Assembly: GCA_946410555.1 (NCBI GenBank)
Contig: CAMKAT010000003.1
Span: 5,007-69,006, forward strand
Length of the DNA stretch: 64,000 nucleotides
Reading direction: 5' to 3'
Source: an uncultured Bacillales bacterium
Lineage (GTDB): Bacteria; Bacillota_I; Bacilli_A; RF39; UBA660
Part shown: positions 25,601 to 35,395 of the stretch, in pieces
How the letters are laid out: every line of letters begins with the position of its first letter
How positions within the stretch are numbered: the first letter of the stretch is position 1
The notes under the pieces: generated by a model
The model's input: only the letters and a program-made list of their open reading frames with translations
The model's database searches: none
What the model was told of the DNA's origin: nothing
Made by a program: the position numbers and the translations under genes

Positions 25601-26484
25601 GCAACAGTACCACCATTGATACCATGATGACCATAGAATTTAACTTCTAGATTATCTATCACAATATCAGTATAATTACCAAATGCTATACCACTATTAC
25701 CTGGAGCTATTTCTATATCGTCAAATCTTTCACCAGGGTTACCTACAGAATATAAATATAAATTTTTACCTGTTTTTTCAGCATTTGAAGCATGACCAGA
25801 ATGATAAAAATCTAAGTCATTAGTTAATAATTCGAAAATATTTTCATCTGTATCTTCGAATGTTTTATAAGGAATTTTCTTATCACCAAAACTATATTTA
25901 GTTTTTCCGTCAGTTGTAGTTCTTGAACAATTGTTATTACCTTTATTACAGAAGAACCAAATAGCTCCGATATCACTTGTAATAACTGCATCTTTGCCAT
26001 TTTGTTGGTACTTCCAAATATTAGGAGAAACTTCTACCCAAAGACTTGCATTTGCAGAGTTTTGAGATGGACCATAAATCTTAGGTTTACCCTTTTTAAT
26101 ATCTCCGTATGATCCTAATGTTAAACCATAAACTTGTAGTGATAAACTACCTCTGAATGTATCTCCATCATTAAATAGGATTGCATCTCCATTTTTAAAT
26201 GTTTTTGCATACATCATGTTCATTACTTTGCTTAATGATTTTATTGGTCTTTCTTTAGATAATCCATCATTTGCATCGCTACCACTTGCAGATACATAAT
26301 AAATATTACCTGTGATTTTAGTAATATCTGTATTACCATTATTTTTTATTTCATTAATTCTTGTAACTGCTAATTCCTTTATTGCCTCAGGAGTAATACT
26401 ATAAGTACTAGTCACTGAAACGATAAAAGTGGTGATAGTAAACACCAATAATGCGATAAATAATTTAAGTTTCTTTTCTCTCAT
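22678..26484 (-). CDS. Giant secreted multidomain protein A: beta-helix + BspA-type LRR + SGNH-like + dockerin-like C-terminus
   Basis: The likely start is the ATG at 26484 (RBS AGAGGTGGTGA); the track gives 26496. Motifs are YYVSASGSDANDGLSKERPIKS, NLEVKFYGHHGINGG..NCEIAYIGG and TGTTGNATYTINLSKRTLTISGSGDMADYNAASETPWNQY with LRR_5-like repeats. SGNH-like elements are VIVLGNSYT, FLQLGENV and GHPGDYG. The C-terminus is GDVTGDGYINLSDVSKIYNYYKGKTTLTGNYLKAAKVNNSSSVNLSDVSKLYNYYKGKT. Confidence 0.8.
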   Translation of the reverse strand: MREKKLKLFIALLVFTITTFIVSVTSTYSITPEAIKELAVTRINEIKNNGNTDITKITGNIYYVSASGSDANDGLSKERPIKSLSKVMNMMYAKTFKNGDAILFNDGDTFRGSLSLQVYGLTLGSYGDIKKGKPKIYGPSQNSANASLWVEVSPNIWKYQQNGKDAVITSDIGAIWFFCNKGNNNCSRTTTDGKTKYSFGDKKIPYKTFEDTDENIFELLTNDLDFYHSGHASNAEKTGKNLYLYSVGNPGERFDDIEIAPGNSGIAFGNYTDIVIDNLEVKFYGHHGINGGTVANLTISNCEIAYIGGMKQYYNDDGRPTRLGNGVEIYGEVKSRTGYPVKDGFVLKNNYVYEIYDAGLTFQYTADAGHASKVEKATFDGNVIENCAYAIEYWNETRETSETKYTNQTYINQMYIKNNILRTSGYGYTETRPRHTEALIKAWDVSSETKNVVEHNGEYIIENNIFDTTNVNLKPDDTTYVGPVMLHISASNAESLPIIRNNKFYNYNGRLFGYIYSNDTQKILFDYNKQLKYNEGMLKDNEFVIYDDSSSNPTNTVTGTTGNATYTINLSKRTLTISGSGDMADYNAASETPWNQYKGYISKVVIDENVTYIGTYAFTNLFYVQEFHFNAKSLKSLKTNNMSLYMVGKKSTGIKLYIGPKVTKIPYNFSNPSNWLGGSPYFTSITFEGDLVTTIDSYALSYTYIDAINIPESVENINTGAFMSNPRLRVIVFPSKVTKLSEIVLKNCKYLESVVLGANITTAEIGALKDLPNFNKLVIPNESFTLPTDVTVITTVSPVGFQLFGPSSFESIIENMKSTYGANLYYIPLKNYRPLIQGDGKNYIVLFDELHYGDSGSYEVKTLSNSDNVITGAKYRFVDKYKREFLMDGVSIDITNHTVSDAKMDVKLLGFNTNKDSKAIEAQNVIVLGNSYTKGFGSQGMAATDIEYDYYYYVTQYLKSLNPNIKPVRTTVNRWESAVTPELRKEKTQEIIDEFNGLIDPNLPTKTVFLQLGENVGSFEDRRATFKSDFDYFLKEFIKAYPEAKIYVMYNTKVNVYTIGEMQEVADNNNIEVIQYNKSSARENSFMGAKYYDVNRSTLYVTNDGIAGHPGDYGFVKIASMIVDHLKNSINSEVSPVTSNKYTIDTTTIKVSPVVKTLLRNDFVNNITATDQIKVIKNGTEITTNIAIGTDTTVKVGNAEYKLVLIGDVTGDGYINLSDVSKIYNYYKGKTTLTGNYLKAAKVNNSSSVNLSDVSKLYNYYKGKTKSL
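22691..22841 (-). repeat. Intragenic 49-nt direct repeat (two dockerin-like half-modules) 102 nt apart
   Basis: 22691-22739 and 22793-22841 differ at 4 of 49 positions (my count). They encode NLSDVSK(L/I)YNYYKGKT. Confidence 0.8.
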
Positions 26485-26503
26485 AACTATCACCACCTCT
26501 TTT

Positions 26504-29500
26504 CTATATGTTGTTTATTTTACCTTTATAAAAATTATAAAGCTTTGAAACATCTCCAAGCACTACTGATGATGATTCAGTAATCCTTCCTGCTTCTAAA
26601 TAATCTCCTGTTAAAGTTGTTTTCTTTTTATAGGAATTATAAAGTTTTGAAACATCACTTAGATTAATAATTCCATCACCAGTTACGTCTCCTCTTACTA
26701 TAACTTTATACTCTATATCTTTAACCTTTACTTTAGAACCGGTACCAACATATGTATTAGTATCAAGTTTTACTCCACCAACATAAATATCATAATCATA
26801 ATCTGATGTAATATTATTTTTAAGTTCATTTCTCATGTAATTCTTAGAAGTTGGTTTTGCAATGATTGTTTTATTTTGAATTTTATACTTAGTAGATTTA
26901 ATTTCTATTGTTTTAGTATCTAAATTACTCTTTAAATAATCTATTGCCATATTAGCTAAGTTTAAGCTTCCATAATCATTTGGATGGCAGGCTACTCCTT
27001 CATTTGTAACATATGCAGCCTTATTAGATGCATTATAATATTTAGCACCAATAAATGTTTCATATCTTTTAGATGCACCTTTATATCCTCCATATAATGT
27101 AGCATCTACATTATATTTACTTGCTACATTTAAAAGTGGAGTCTTTATATTACTTGGTAACCAATGAGGATAAAGAATAATTATTTTTGCATTTGGATAT
27201 GCTTTTTGGAATTCTGAAATCATATAATCAAATGATGATTCAACATTTACTTGTCTTTCAGGAAAGCTTGCATTAGCTAAGTTTTCACCAAGTTGAATAA
27301 AGAATAAATCTACATTATTTGGATCATCAATCTTTGCATTATATTGACTGATTAAATTTTGAACTTCAGCATTTCTATCTACTGGTATATAAGTTGTAGG
27401 TGTCGTAGAATAGTCTCCTTTTCTTACTTCTTCCCAATGATTAATTGCTAATCTATATGATTTAACATTTGGACTTAAACTCTTTAAATATTGATTCATG
27501 TAATGATAATAATCAGTATCAACATCGGTTGATCCCATAGAATGTGTTGCCCAACCAATTAAAAATGAGTTACCTAAATATAATACATTCTTAGCATCAA
27601 GTATCTTATTATCTTTATTATAAATATTTCCGGTTAATTCAACATCCATATAAATATTACTTAAAGTATTACTATTTAAATCAATGTTTGGTCCATCAAA
27701 TAAATATTTGTGTTTAAACCTATCAATATATCTATATTTCGCTCCCGTTATATTAACTGATGCATTAGCAAGTGCTTTTACTTCATAAGTAGTAGATTCA
27801 CCATAATGGAAATCATCATATAATGCATAGAATGTTTTACTATCTCCCCAAATCATTGGTCTATAGTAAGTATCTAGAGAAACATAATAAGCATTTACTC
27901 CGATTGACTTAAGTGAATTTACTACAGTTTCAATACTTTGAGGTCCAAAGAATTGAATACCAGTTGATTCAAATGGAACTTTATAAGTTGTTACATTATT
28001 TTCAGTTGTAGTTGTAATACCAAATACATTAGCTGATGGATCGAAATTAAAGTTAGGATTTGTAATTACAAGTCTTTCTAAATGTTTAAGATTACTTAAC
28101 GAATTAGCATTTAATGTTGTTAAATTTTTACCTAAGATAACAACTTCTAGATTATAGCAACTACCAATTACATTTCCATTAAGTGTAGTAAGATTATCTG
28201 GTAGTTTTGCAACTTTTAAACCTCGGTTATAGAAGAATGCACCATATCCAATACTTGTAACACTTTCAGGTAATAATAAAAATTCAAATGATAAATATGC
28301 AAATGAATATTTACCTATCGTTGTTACTTTATTACCTTTGAATTCGTATTCAGTAATATTAGGTGTAAAATCTTTAGTGGACTTTTTAAGCTTCTCTTTT
28401 TCTTCTTGAGTTAGTGATACTGGAAATAATAAATAATCAGGAATCATAGTAACATTTGCTCCAATTATAATCTTAGTTCCAGCAGTAGATCTACCTACTC
28501 TAGAGAAAGCATAGTTTTTATTTGCAAGATTGCTTGCAGTCTTTGCATTATAATTTATAATTTTAACATACTCTAATCCTTCGAAAGCATAATTTCCTAT
28601 CTTAGTTACATTCTCATCAATTGTAATAGTCTTAATATATTCTTTATATTGATGCCATGGTGCTACACTTGATTCAGTATAGTCTGCCATTGCACCACTA
28701 CCAGATATTTTAAGTTCTAATGTTTTAAAGTTTAATGTCCATGTTGCACTTCCGGTAGTACCTGAGATTTTATCAGTTCTTCTTGAAGGTTCATCAAATA
28801 TATAGAATTCATTACCTTCGAAATATCCTTCGGTATTTTTTACCATACTATTGTAAGGAATAAATGCTCTAACATTATCTGATGATCCAATTTGACCTAA
28901 ATTTCTATTACTATAATTATAGAATTTATTATTTTTAAATACTGGCAATGACTCTATATTAGTTGTATCAATATGAAGCATCCAAATTCCAGTTAATACT
29001 CCATATTTATCTTTAAGTTGTCCTGTTGTATCAAATATATTATTTTCAATAATAAATTCGTTTTTGACTCTATTCCAAGATTCTGAACCACCATCCCAAG
29101 CTTTGATTAATGCTTCGTAACCATGTTCTGGTCTTACTTCAGTGAATCCCATACCAGCATATCTTAAAATATTATTAGTAAAATAAATGTTACCTAAATA
29201 TGTTTCTTTAATTAATTCTTGATTAGTTGCTTCATTAGTACCATTCCAATATTCTATGTTGTAACTACAATATTCTACGACATTATTATCATAAGTTAGT
29301 CTTTCAACTCTGTTTTTCTTGCCCTCTGCTGCAGTATATTGGAAAGTTAATCCAGCATCATATATCTCATATATGTAATTATTTCTTGCAACATATCCAT
29401 CTTTTACAGTATATCCATTAATATTATCAATTGCTCCATAAGATTGAATACCATTACCTAATCTTAATCCCCAATGACCATCTGCATCATATTTTTGAGT

Positions 29501-30442
29501 CATTCCACCAATATAACTAATTTCACAATTAGTAACAGTAACATTAGCTACATTATTAATAGCTATGGCATGTCTTCCAAAGAAACTTATTTCTAAGTTA
29601 TCAATAATAGTATCTGAATAATTTCCTACTTTAATTCCGTTATCACCAAGAGATATTTCAATATCATCAAATCTAGTACTTGGATTACTAGTAGAATAAA
29701 GATATAAAACACCACCAGTAGTTGATGATTCACAAGCATGACCCATATGATAGAACTGTAAGTCTTTAGTTAATTGAGAAACTGCAAATGATTCTGATTC
29801 AGTTACATTATCATTAGACATTCTCTTATCACCAAAACTATATTTAGTTTTTCCATCAGTTGTAGTTCTTGTACAATTATTATTACCACTCTTACAGAAG
29901 AACCAAATAGCTCCAACATCTTTAGGGAATTTTTTATCTTTTCCATCTACTTGGTATTTCCATACATTACCTGATACTTTTACCCAAGAACCTGTCGTAG
30001 CAGCATTTGCTTCAGATCCATGAATCTTAGGTTTTCCTTTAGATATTGTTCCATATGAACCGAATAAAATATTATGATCTTTAAGTGTTAAATTACTACC
30101 TTTGAATGTATCACCATCTCTAAATAGAACTGCATCACCTTTTTTAATTGTTTTATTACCAAGTAATTCATTTACTTTTGCTGTAGTTTTTAGTGGTTTA
30201 CTTTGTGATTTTCCATCATTTGAATCATTACCATCATTAGATACATAATAAATAGTACCTGTTACTTTAGATACATCTGTATTTTGTGTAGATCTAATCT
30301 CGTTTATTCTTGTCTTTACTAAAGAAGTAATTGAACTATTATCTGTGATAGAAAGTGAATTACTTCCAGACAATAAAAAAAGAGATAAAGAAAATACTAG
30401 TAAACATACCATTACCTTGTATTTCTTCTTCATCTCTTTCAC
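26504..30442 (-). CDS. Giant secreted multidomain protein B (paralog of A and C)
   Basis: 1312 aa with the same domain order. The C-terminus is GDVTGDGIINLSDVSKLYNSYKKKTTLTGDYLEAGRITESSSVVLGDVSKLYNFYKGK. SGNH-like blocks are VLYLGNSFL, FIQLGENL and CHPNDYG. RBS GAGGTGA. Confidence 0.8.
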   Translation of the reverse strand: MKEMKKKYKVMVCLLVFSLSLFLLSGSNSLSITDNSSITSLVKTRINEIRSTQNTDVSKVTGTIYYVSNDGNDSNDGKSQSKPLKTTAKVNELLGNKTIKKGDAVLFRDGDTFKGSNLTLKDHNILFGSYGTISKGKPKIHGSEANAATTGSWVKVSGNVWKYQVDGKDKKFPKDVGAIWFFCKSGNNNCTRTTTDGKTKYSFGDKRMSNDNVTESESFAVSQLTKDLQFYHMGHACESSTTGGVLYLYSTSNPSTRFDDIEISLGDNGIKVGNYSDTIIDNLEISFFGRHAIAINNVANVTVTNCEISYIGGMTQKYDADGHWGLRLGNGIQSYGAIDNINGYTVKDGYVARNNYIYEIYDAGLTFQYTAAEGKKNRVERLTYDNNVVEYCSYNIEYWNGTNEATNQELIKETYLGNIYFTNNILRYAGMGFTEVRPEHGYEALIKAWDGGSESWNRVKNEFIIENNIFDTTGQLKDKYGVLTGIWMLHIDTTNIESLPVFKNNKFYNYSNRNLGQIGSSDNVRAFIPYNSMVKNTEGYFEGNEFYIFDEPSRRTDKISGTTGSATWTLNFKTLELKISGSGAMADYTESSVAPWHQYKEYIKTITIDENVTKIGNYAFEGLEYVKIINYNAKTASNLANKNYAFSRVGRSTAGTKIIIGANVTMIPDYLLFPVSLTQEEKEKLKKSTKDFTPNITEYEFKGNKVTTIGKYSFAYLSFEFLLLPESVTSIGYGAFFYNRGLKVAKLPDNLTTLNGNVIGSCYNLEVVILGKNLTTLNANSLSNLKHLERLVITNPNFNFDPSANVFGITTTTENNVTTYKVPFESTGIQFFGPQSIETVVNSLKSIGVNAYYVSLDTYYRPMIWGDSKTFYALYDDFHYGESTTYEVKALANASVNITGAKYRYIDRFKHKYLFDGPNIDLNSNTLSNIYMDVELTGNIYNKDNKILDAKNVLYLGNSFLIGWATHSMGSTDVDTDYYHYMNQYLKSLSPNVKSYRLAINHWEEVRKGDYSTTPTTYIPVDRNAEVQNLISQYNAKIDDPNNVDLFFIQLGENLANASFPERQVNVESSFDYMISEFQKAYPNAKIIILYPHWLPSNIKTPLLNVASKYNVDATLYGGYKGASKRYETFIGAKYYNASNKAAYVTNEGVACHPNDYGSLNLANMAIDYLKSNLDTKTIEIKSTKYKIQNKTIIAKPTSKNYMRNELKNNITSDYDYDIYVGGVKLDTNTYVGTGSKVKVKDIEYKVIVRGDVTGDGIINLSDVSKLYNSYKKKTTLTGDYLEAGRITESSSVVLGDVSKLYNFYKGKINNI

Positions 30443-30457
30443 CTCAATTCTAAGTTG

Positions 30458-31459
30458 TTATTTTTTAATTACTACAATTAAAAGATAAGCTAAACCAATC
30501 ATTCCAGCTACGCTTCCAACAATTTTAGCAACTTTAATAATTGTTGCTTTAGTATCAGCTTTAGCCTTTTTATTAATGTTTAATTTGTAAGTAGTAGATT
30601 CACCTTCATAAGTTACTACTACTTCAATTTTATTCATTCCTTCAACTAATTTATCAGAACTAATTTTTACTGTTGCATTTTCTTTATATGGTTTATAACT
30701 AAATTCTAAATTTGTAATATCTGAAGTTATTTCAATGTTATATTCAGTTTTATCACTATTAAAATCAAATTTAACACCTTTGATTGTTAATGATGCAAGT
30801 TTTGTATTTGAATCAGTTCTTGGGCTTGGTGCTAAAGTTGTAGTTTCATCTGTTACTGGTTCAGTAGCTTCTGTTGTAGGTTCTTCGGTTGGAGTACCAG
30901 TTGTTGGTTCTTCTCTAGGATTTTGAGCTTGAGTTGTACCTTGAGTTGGTTGTGTACCAGCTGGAGCTGTAGTTCCTTGAGTTGGTCTTTGAGTTGCTTG
31001 TGTTGGTTTAGTAGTCGCTTGAGTTGGATTACTAACTGCAATATTCTTTGATATTGTACCAGCATTAACTGTGTTATATTGACCACTTGAATTTATAGAA
31101 ACAAATTTAGCATCATTAACTTTAAAAGTCATTGTTCCTGCTTGAGTTGCTTTAATAACATAAGTTACAAATGTAACTCCATTAGGATCTTCTTCGTTTA
31201 TACATGTAAATTCACTATTAGTAACTGCCCCAGTTCCTAATTGAATACAAGATCCTACTGTAAAACTTTGAACTGTACCATTGTCAACATGAATTTTCCC
31301 TTCGCCACCACCAATTTTATTAGCTGAAGCTTTAACAGAGCATTTTGTTGTACCTCCAACTGTTAACGAATAAGATGTACAACTGATATCCATAGAATCA
31401 GCTTTTGCACTAATTGGAATAAGTATAAGTGCTAGTATAATAAGTATTTTTTTCTTCAT
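30458..31459 (-). CDS. Membrane-anchored surface protein: cohesin-like N-domain, P/T/Q-rich linker, cadherin-like beta-sandwich, C-terminal TM
   Basis: 333 aa with signal peptide ...PISAKA. A ~125-aa beta-rich domain follows (SLTVGGTTKCSVKASANKIGGGEGKIHVDNGTVQSFTVG...TMTFKVN). Then a linker PTQATTKPTQATQRPTQGTT...EEPTTEATEP, then LASLTIKGVKFDFNSDKTEYNIEITSD...YKLNINKK, and a C-terminal TM IVGSVAGMIGLAYLLIVVIKK. Confidence 0.65.
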   Translation of the reverse strand: MKKKILIILALILIPISAKADSMDISCTSYSLTVGGTTKCSVKASANKIGGGEGKIHVDNGTVQSFTVGSCIQLGTGAVTNSEFTCINEEDPNGVTFVTYVIKATQAGTMTFKVNDAKFVSINSSGQYNTVNAGTISKNIAVSNPTQATTKPTQATQRPTQGTTAPAGTQPTQGTTQAQNPREEPTTGTPTEEPTTEATEPVTDETTTLAPSPRTDSNTKLASLTIKGVKFDFNSDKTEYNIEITSDITNLEFSYKPYKENATVKISSDKLVEGMNKIEVVVTYEGESTTYKLNINKKAKADTKATIIKVAKIVGSVAGMIGLAYLLIVVIKK

Positions 31460-31469
31460 AATGTTCTCC

Positions 31470-34400
31470 TTAATCTAAATTAGTTGTTTTTCCTTTGTAA
31501 TAATTATATAATCTCGACACATCACCGAGAGTTACTGAACTAGATCCCGTTATTTTTGCAGCTTCTAGTTGTTCAACATTAAGTGTTGTTTTCTTTTTGT
31601 AGTAGTTATAAACCTTAGAAACATCACTTAAATTAATAACTCCATCGCTTGTTACATCACCTTTTAGAATAATCTTCAAAGCGTACGATCCACTCTTAAG
31701 AGTATAACCTGTTCCTATGTACACGTTCGATGTTACCTCGTTATTATTTAAATTATACAACAAAATTGAGTTAGATGAAACAATATTATTCAATAATGTA
31801 TCTCTATTTAGCATTTTACTTGTTGGTTTTGCCTTAATATATTTGCTTGTCACTTGGTATTTAGTTGATTTTATAGAATCTAGATTACCATAATCATGTT
31901 CTTTTAAATACGAAACAACTTTATCTGCGATAGCTATAAATCCATAGTTACCAGGATGTGTCTCTCCACCACCAGCTTGAAGTATTTTTCTCATTCCAAC
32001 ATTTGTAATATATTTATCTCCAACGAATGAAGTATTTCTATTACATGAACTTGGTGTTACTCCTCTGAAAGGTTTCTTAGTAACTCCTCTATAAACACCT
32101 GAGTAATCAATTAACTCAATTCCAGTTGCTTCAGTAGCAGCTTGAATAGCAGCAATATTTTGTGAGTAATTATACCAACCAAATAAATAATATATTTTTG
32201 TTTCAGGGAATTCTTCTTTTACTCTATTAATTAAATAGGTAATATCAGTTTGGAATGTTATTCTTCTAGCAGCTGAATTAACATTATCTCCAAGTTCCAA
32301 GAATATTGTTTTAACTGGATTTGGTCCTTTATTATTCTTAATAGCATTAATAAACTTTTCAGCTTCAGCATTTCTTTCTTCAGAAGTTTCATATCCTTCC
32401 CAAGGGTTAGCTGTATATTTAACTGTTGTTAAATTAGGATTCATACTCTTTAAGTATTGCATTACATAATAGTAATAATCATCTTGAGTTGTTGTTGATG
32501 CCATACCATGTGTATCAAAACCTCTTAATAATGAATTTCCTAAGAATACAACTGTTTGATCATCAATCGAACGATGTGCATCATCAGATACTGTTCCTTC
32601 GAGTTCAACATCTAACATAATATTTGATATTGTATTACCACTCATATTAACACCATCTACTAAATGATAATGTTTTTGTGCATCCATATATCTATATTTA
32701 GCACCAGTAACAGTTACACTACTTGCATTAGATAACGATTTAACTTGATATGTAGTATTTTCATTAATATAAGCTTCATCATGAAGTGCATAGAATGTTT
32801 TATGATCACCATATACTACTGGTCTATAATAAATCAAATCTACATATTTTATTATCTCACTACCAACTTGTTCATTAGCAGCATCAACGAATGCTTTAAT
32901 TGAAGATGGTCCAAATATTCTCAATTGATATAAACCATTGAAATTATTAATTGGATTATTCGTAGAATCAAATGCGAAATCTACATTTTGTATTACTAAA
33001 CATTCTAATCTTGTACTATTGTATAAAGCTTCAACTCCTAGAGATACCGTTTTTTCTCCTAGGATAACTGTTTCAAGATGAGTACATCCTCTTAACATCT
33101 TATTAGGTACATTTACTACATTATTTGATAATACAAATAATTTCATTACCTTACAATTAGCAAATGCAGCTTCTCCGATAGTTTCAACACTATCAGGTAT
33201 AACCATATCAGTCATTAAAAGGAAAGTGAATGCATAACTTCCAATTGTTTTAACTTTATTTCCTTTGAACACTACTTTCTTAATGTTTGGTGCACTTGTA
33301 GAAGACGATGTTGCATTTCCTAAATATCCAGGAATATTTGTAACTTCAGGTCCAAATGTTAATGTAGCACCTGTTGCCCAAACACCTGCATTTCTAAATG
33401 CAGCGTTTCCACCAGTCATATTCTTTAAATTTTTAGAATTAATTACTATATCATTAATGTATTTAAGATCATTAAATGCATACTTACCAATCTTAGTAAC
33501 ATCTTCTCCGATTACTATCTTATGAATATAATTTGAATAACTACTCCATGGTGGAAGTGAATCTACTGTATAATCAGCCATATCACCAGAACCTGAGATT
33601 GTAAGTGTATGATTATTTAAGTTCAGTGACCAAGATGTACTTCCTGATGTACCACTCTTAGTACCAGTCGGATCACTTAAACCATCATATGCATAGAATT
33701 CATTATCTTTTAACCAATTCGTATCATATTTAAGTTGTGTACTATAAGGAATAGCTCCAACTGTCCAGTTAGTTGCTTCAGATGAACTTATTCTTCCTAA
33801 GTTTCTTGAAGTATAATTATAGAATCTATTATTTCTTACTGTTGGTATTGATTCTTCATAACCTGCAGTTAAATGTAACATCCAAATACCAACATCATTA
33901 CCTTTATTATCTTTTAATACTCCGGTAGTATCAAAAATATTATTTTCAATTAAGAATTCACCATTCATTGCAAGTTTATTATGGGCTGTTTCATGTCCAC
34001 CATCCCAAGCTTTTATTAATGCTTCATAACCATGTTCAGGTCTTGTTTCGGTGAATCCCATACCTGCGAATCTCATTATGTTATTTCTAAAATAAATTTT
34101 ATTTAAATATGTTCTATCTATACTTTTTAACCATTCACTTGTTATGGTTTCTGGTTTATTAACATCATTCCAATATTCAATGTTATAACTTGCATATTCA
34201 ATTACGTTATTATTAAAATCTACCTTTTCAACTGCTGAACTACCATCAGCTGCTGCAGTATATTGAAAAGTTAATCCAGCATCATATACTTCATAGATAT
34301 ATGAGTTTTCTACAACATAGCCTTCATCAACACTATAGTTATTTTTTGATGTAACACTTCCATATATTTCAACCGCATTACCTAATCTTAATGCCCAGTG

Positions 34401-35375
34401 ACCTTCAGCGTCATATTTTTGCACCATACCACCAATGTAAGACAATTCACAGTTTGATACTTTTAAGTTAGCAGTAGTTCCTGAATTAACACCATGACGA
34501 CCAGCATGTCTTATATCCAAGTTATCTACAACTAAATTAGTAATGCCTGCAGCATATATTCCACTGGTACCAACATTAAATTCAATTTCATCAAATCTAC
34601 TTGCTGGATTAGTGGCAGAATATACATATAAAGCACCACCAGTAGCAGAATTACCATTAGGATGTCCATAATGCATAAACTCTAAATCATGTTTTAAATA
34701 ATTACTAATATCCGCTTCTGTCTCTACGATATCATCATTAATTAATTTTTTTTGAGATATTTTATATTTTCTATCTCCCATGGTAGTAGTTCTATCACAA
34801 TTATTATTACCAGATTTACAGAAAAACCAAATTTCTCCGATATCTTTCTTAAATACTTGATCACTACCATCAACTGTATATTTCCAAATATTATTTTTAA
34901 CTTTTACCCATTCGCCAGTTTTTGTTCCATCATATGTTGACACATTAATGATTGGCTTAGCTTTTTTAGTATCACCATAAGAACCTAATGTTATGTTATT
35001 TTTTGAAACTGTTAATTGACCTCTGAATTCATCTCCCCTACGGAATAGAATAGTATCGCCTGCTGCTAAACCAGTTCCATTTATCAATTTTTGAACTCTA
35101 GAAAGTGTTTTAAAAGGTTTGTCTTCTGATTTACCATTATTAGTATCATCACCATCAGCTGATACATAGAAAACTTGACCAGTTCTTTTAGATATATCAG
35201 TATTACCTGTTGCTCTTATTTCTTTAATTCTTTGTTTAGTTAGATTAGTAACTTCAGTTTGAAGTGCAGTTTCCGAAAAAGTGTAACCAATAAAGAATGA
35301 GAGACTAAAAGCTATAATTGCACACACCATTACAATTAATACTTTTTTGTTTCTCATATATCTCATCTTGATCAC
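31470..35375 (-). CDS. Giant secreted multidomain protein C (paralog of A and B)
   Basis: About 1300 aa. The start is ambiguous (GTG 35375, ATG 35366 or ATG 35357). It has the same domain order and the C-terminus GDVTSDGVINLSDVSKVYNYYKKKTTLNVEQLEAAKITGSSSVTLGDVSRLYNYYKGKT. SGNH-like blocks are VVFLGNSLL, FLELGDNV and THPGNYG. Confidence 0.8.
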   Translation of the reverse strand: MIKMRYMRNKKVLIVMVCAIIAFSLSFFIGYTFSETALQTEVTNLTKQRIKEIRATGNTDISKRTGQVFYVSADGDDTNNGKSEDKPFKTLSRVQKLINGTGLAAGDTILFRRGDEFRGQLTVSKNNITLGSYGDTKKAKPIINVSTYDGTKTGEWVKVKNNIWKYTVDGSDQVFKKDIGEIWFFCKSGNNNCDRTTTMGDRKYKISQKKLINDDIVETEADISNYLKHDLEFMHYGHPNGNSATGGALYVYSATNPASRFDEIEFNVGTSGIYAAGITNLVVDNLDIRHAGRHGVNSGTTANLKVSNCELSYIGGMVQKYDAEGHWALRLGNAVEIYGSVTSKNNYSVDEGYVVENSYIYEVYDAGLTFQYTAAADGSSAVEKVDFNNNVIEYASYNIEYWNDVNKPETITSEWLKSIDRTYLNKIYFRNNIMRFAGMGFTETRPEHGYEALIKAWDGGHETAHNKLAMNGEFLIENNIFDTTGVLKDNKGNDVGIWMLHLTAGYEESIPTVRNNRFYNYTSRNLGRISSSEATNWTVGAIPYSTQLKYDTNWLKDNEFYAYDGLSDPTGTKSGTSGSTSWSLNLNNHTLTISGSGDMADYTVDSLPPWSSYSNYIHKIVIGEDVTKIGKYAFNDLKYINDIVINSKNLKNMTGGNAAFRNAGVWATGATLTFGPEVTNIPGYLGNATSSSTSAPNIKKVVFKGNKVKTIGSYAFTFLLMTDMVIPDSVETIGEAAFANCKVMKLFVLSNNVVNVPNKMLRGCTHLETVILGEKTVSLGVEALYNSTRLECLVIQNVDFAFDSTNNPINNFNGLYQLRIFGPSSIKAFVDAANEQVGSEIIKYVDLIYYRPVVYGDHKTFYALHDEAYINENTTYQVKSLSNASSVTVTGAKYRYMDAQKHYHLVDGVNMSGNTISNIMLDVELEGTVSDDAHRSIDDQTVVFLGNSLLRGFDTHGMASTTTQDDYYYYVMQYLKSMNPNLTTVKYTANPWEGYETSEERNAEAEKFINAIKNNKGPNPVKTIFLELGDNVNSAARRITFQTDITYLINRVKEEFPETKIYYLFGWYNYSQNIAAIQAATEATGIELIDYSGVYRGVTKKPFRGVTPSSCNRNTSFVGDKYITNVGMRKILQAGGGETHPGNYGFIAIADKVVSYLKEHDYGNLDSIKSTKYQVTSKYIKAKPTSKMLNRDTLLNNIVSSNSILLYNLNNNEVTSNVYIGTGYTLKSGSYALKIILKGDVTSDGVINLSDVSKVYNYYKKKTTLNVEQLEAAKITGSSSVTLGDVSRLYNYYKGKTTNLD

Positions 35376-35395
35376 TACTTCCTATTGTTAATTAA

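Noticed and set aside
30853-31086. 77-aa minus-strand alternative-frame ORF and 63-aa plus-strand ORF within the anchor-protein linker
   Set aside because: They are artefacts of the repetitive P/T/Q-linker coding DNA, which stays open in several frames. The main frame has the signal peptide, domains and TM.
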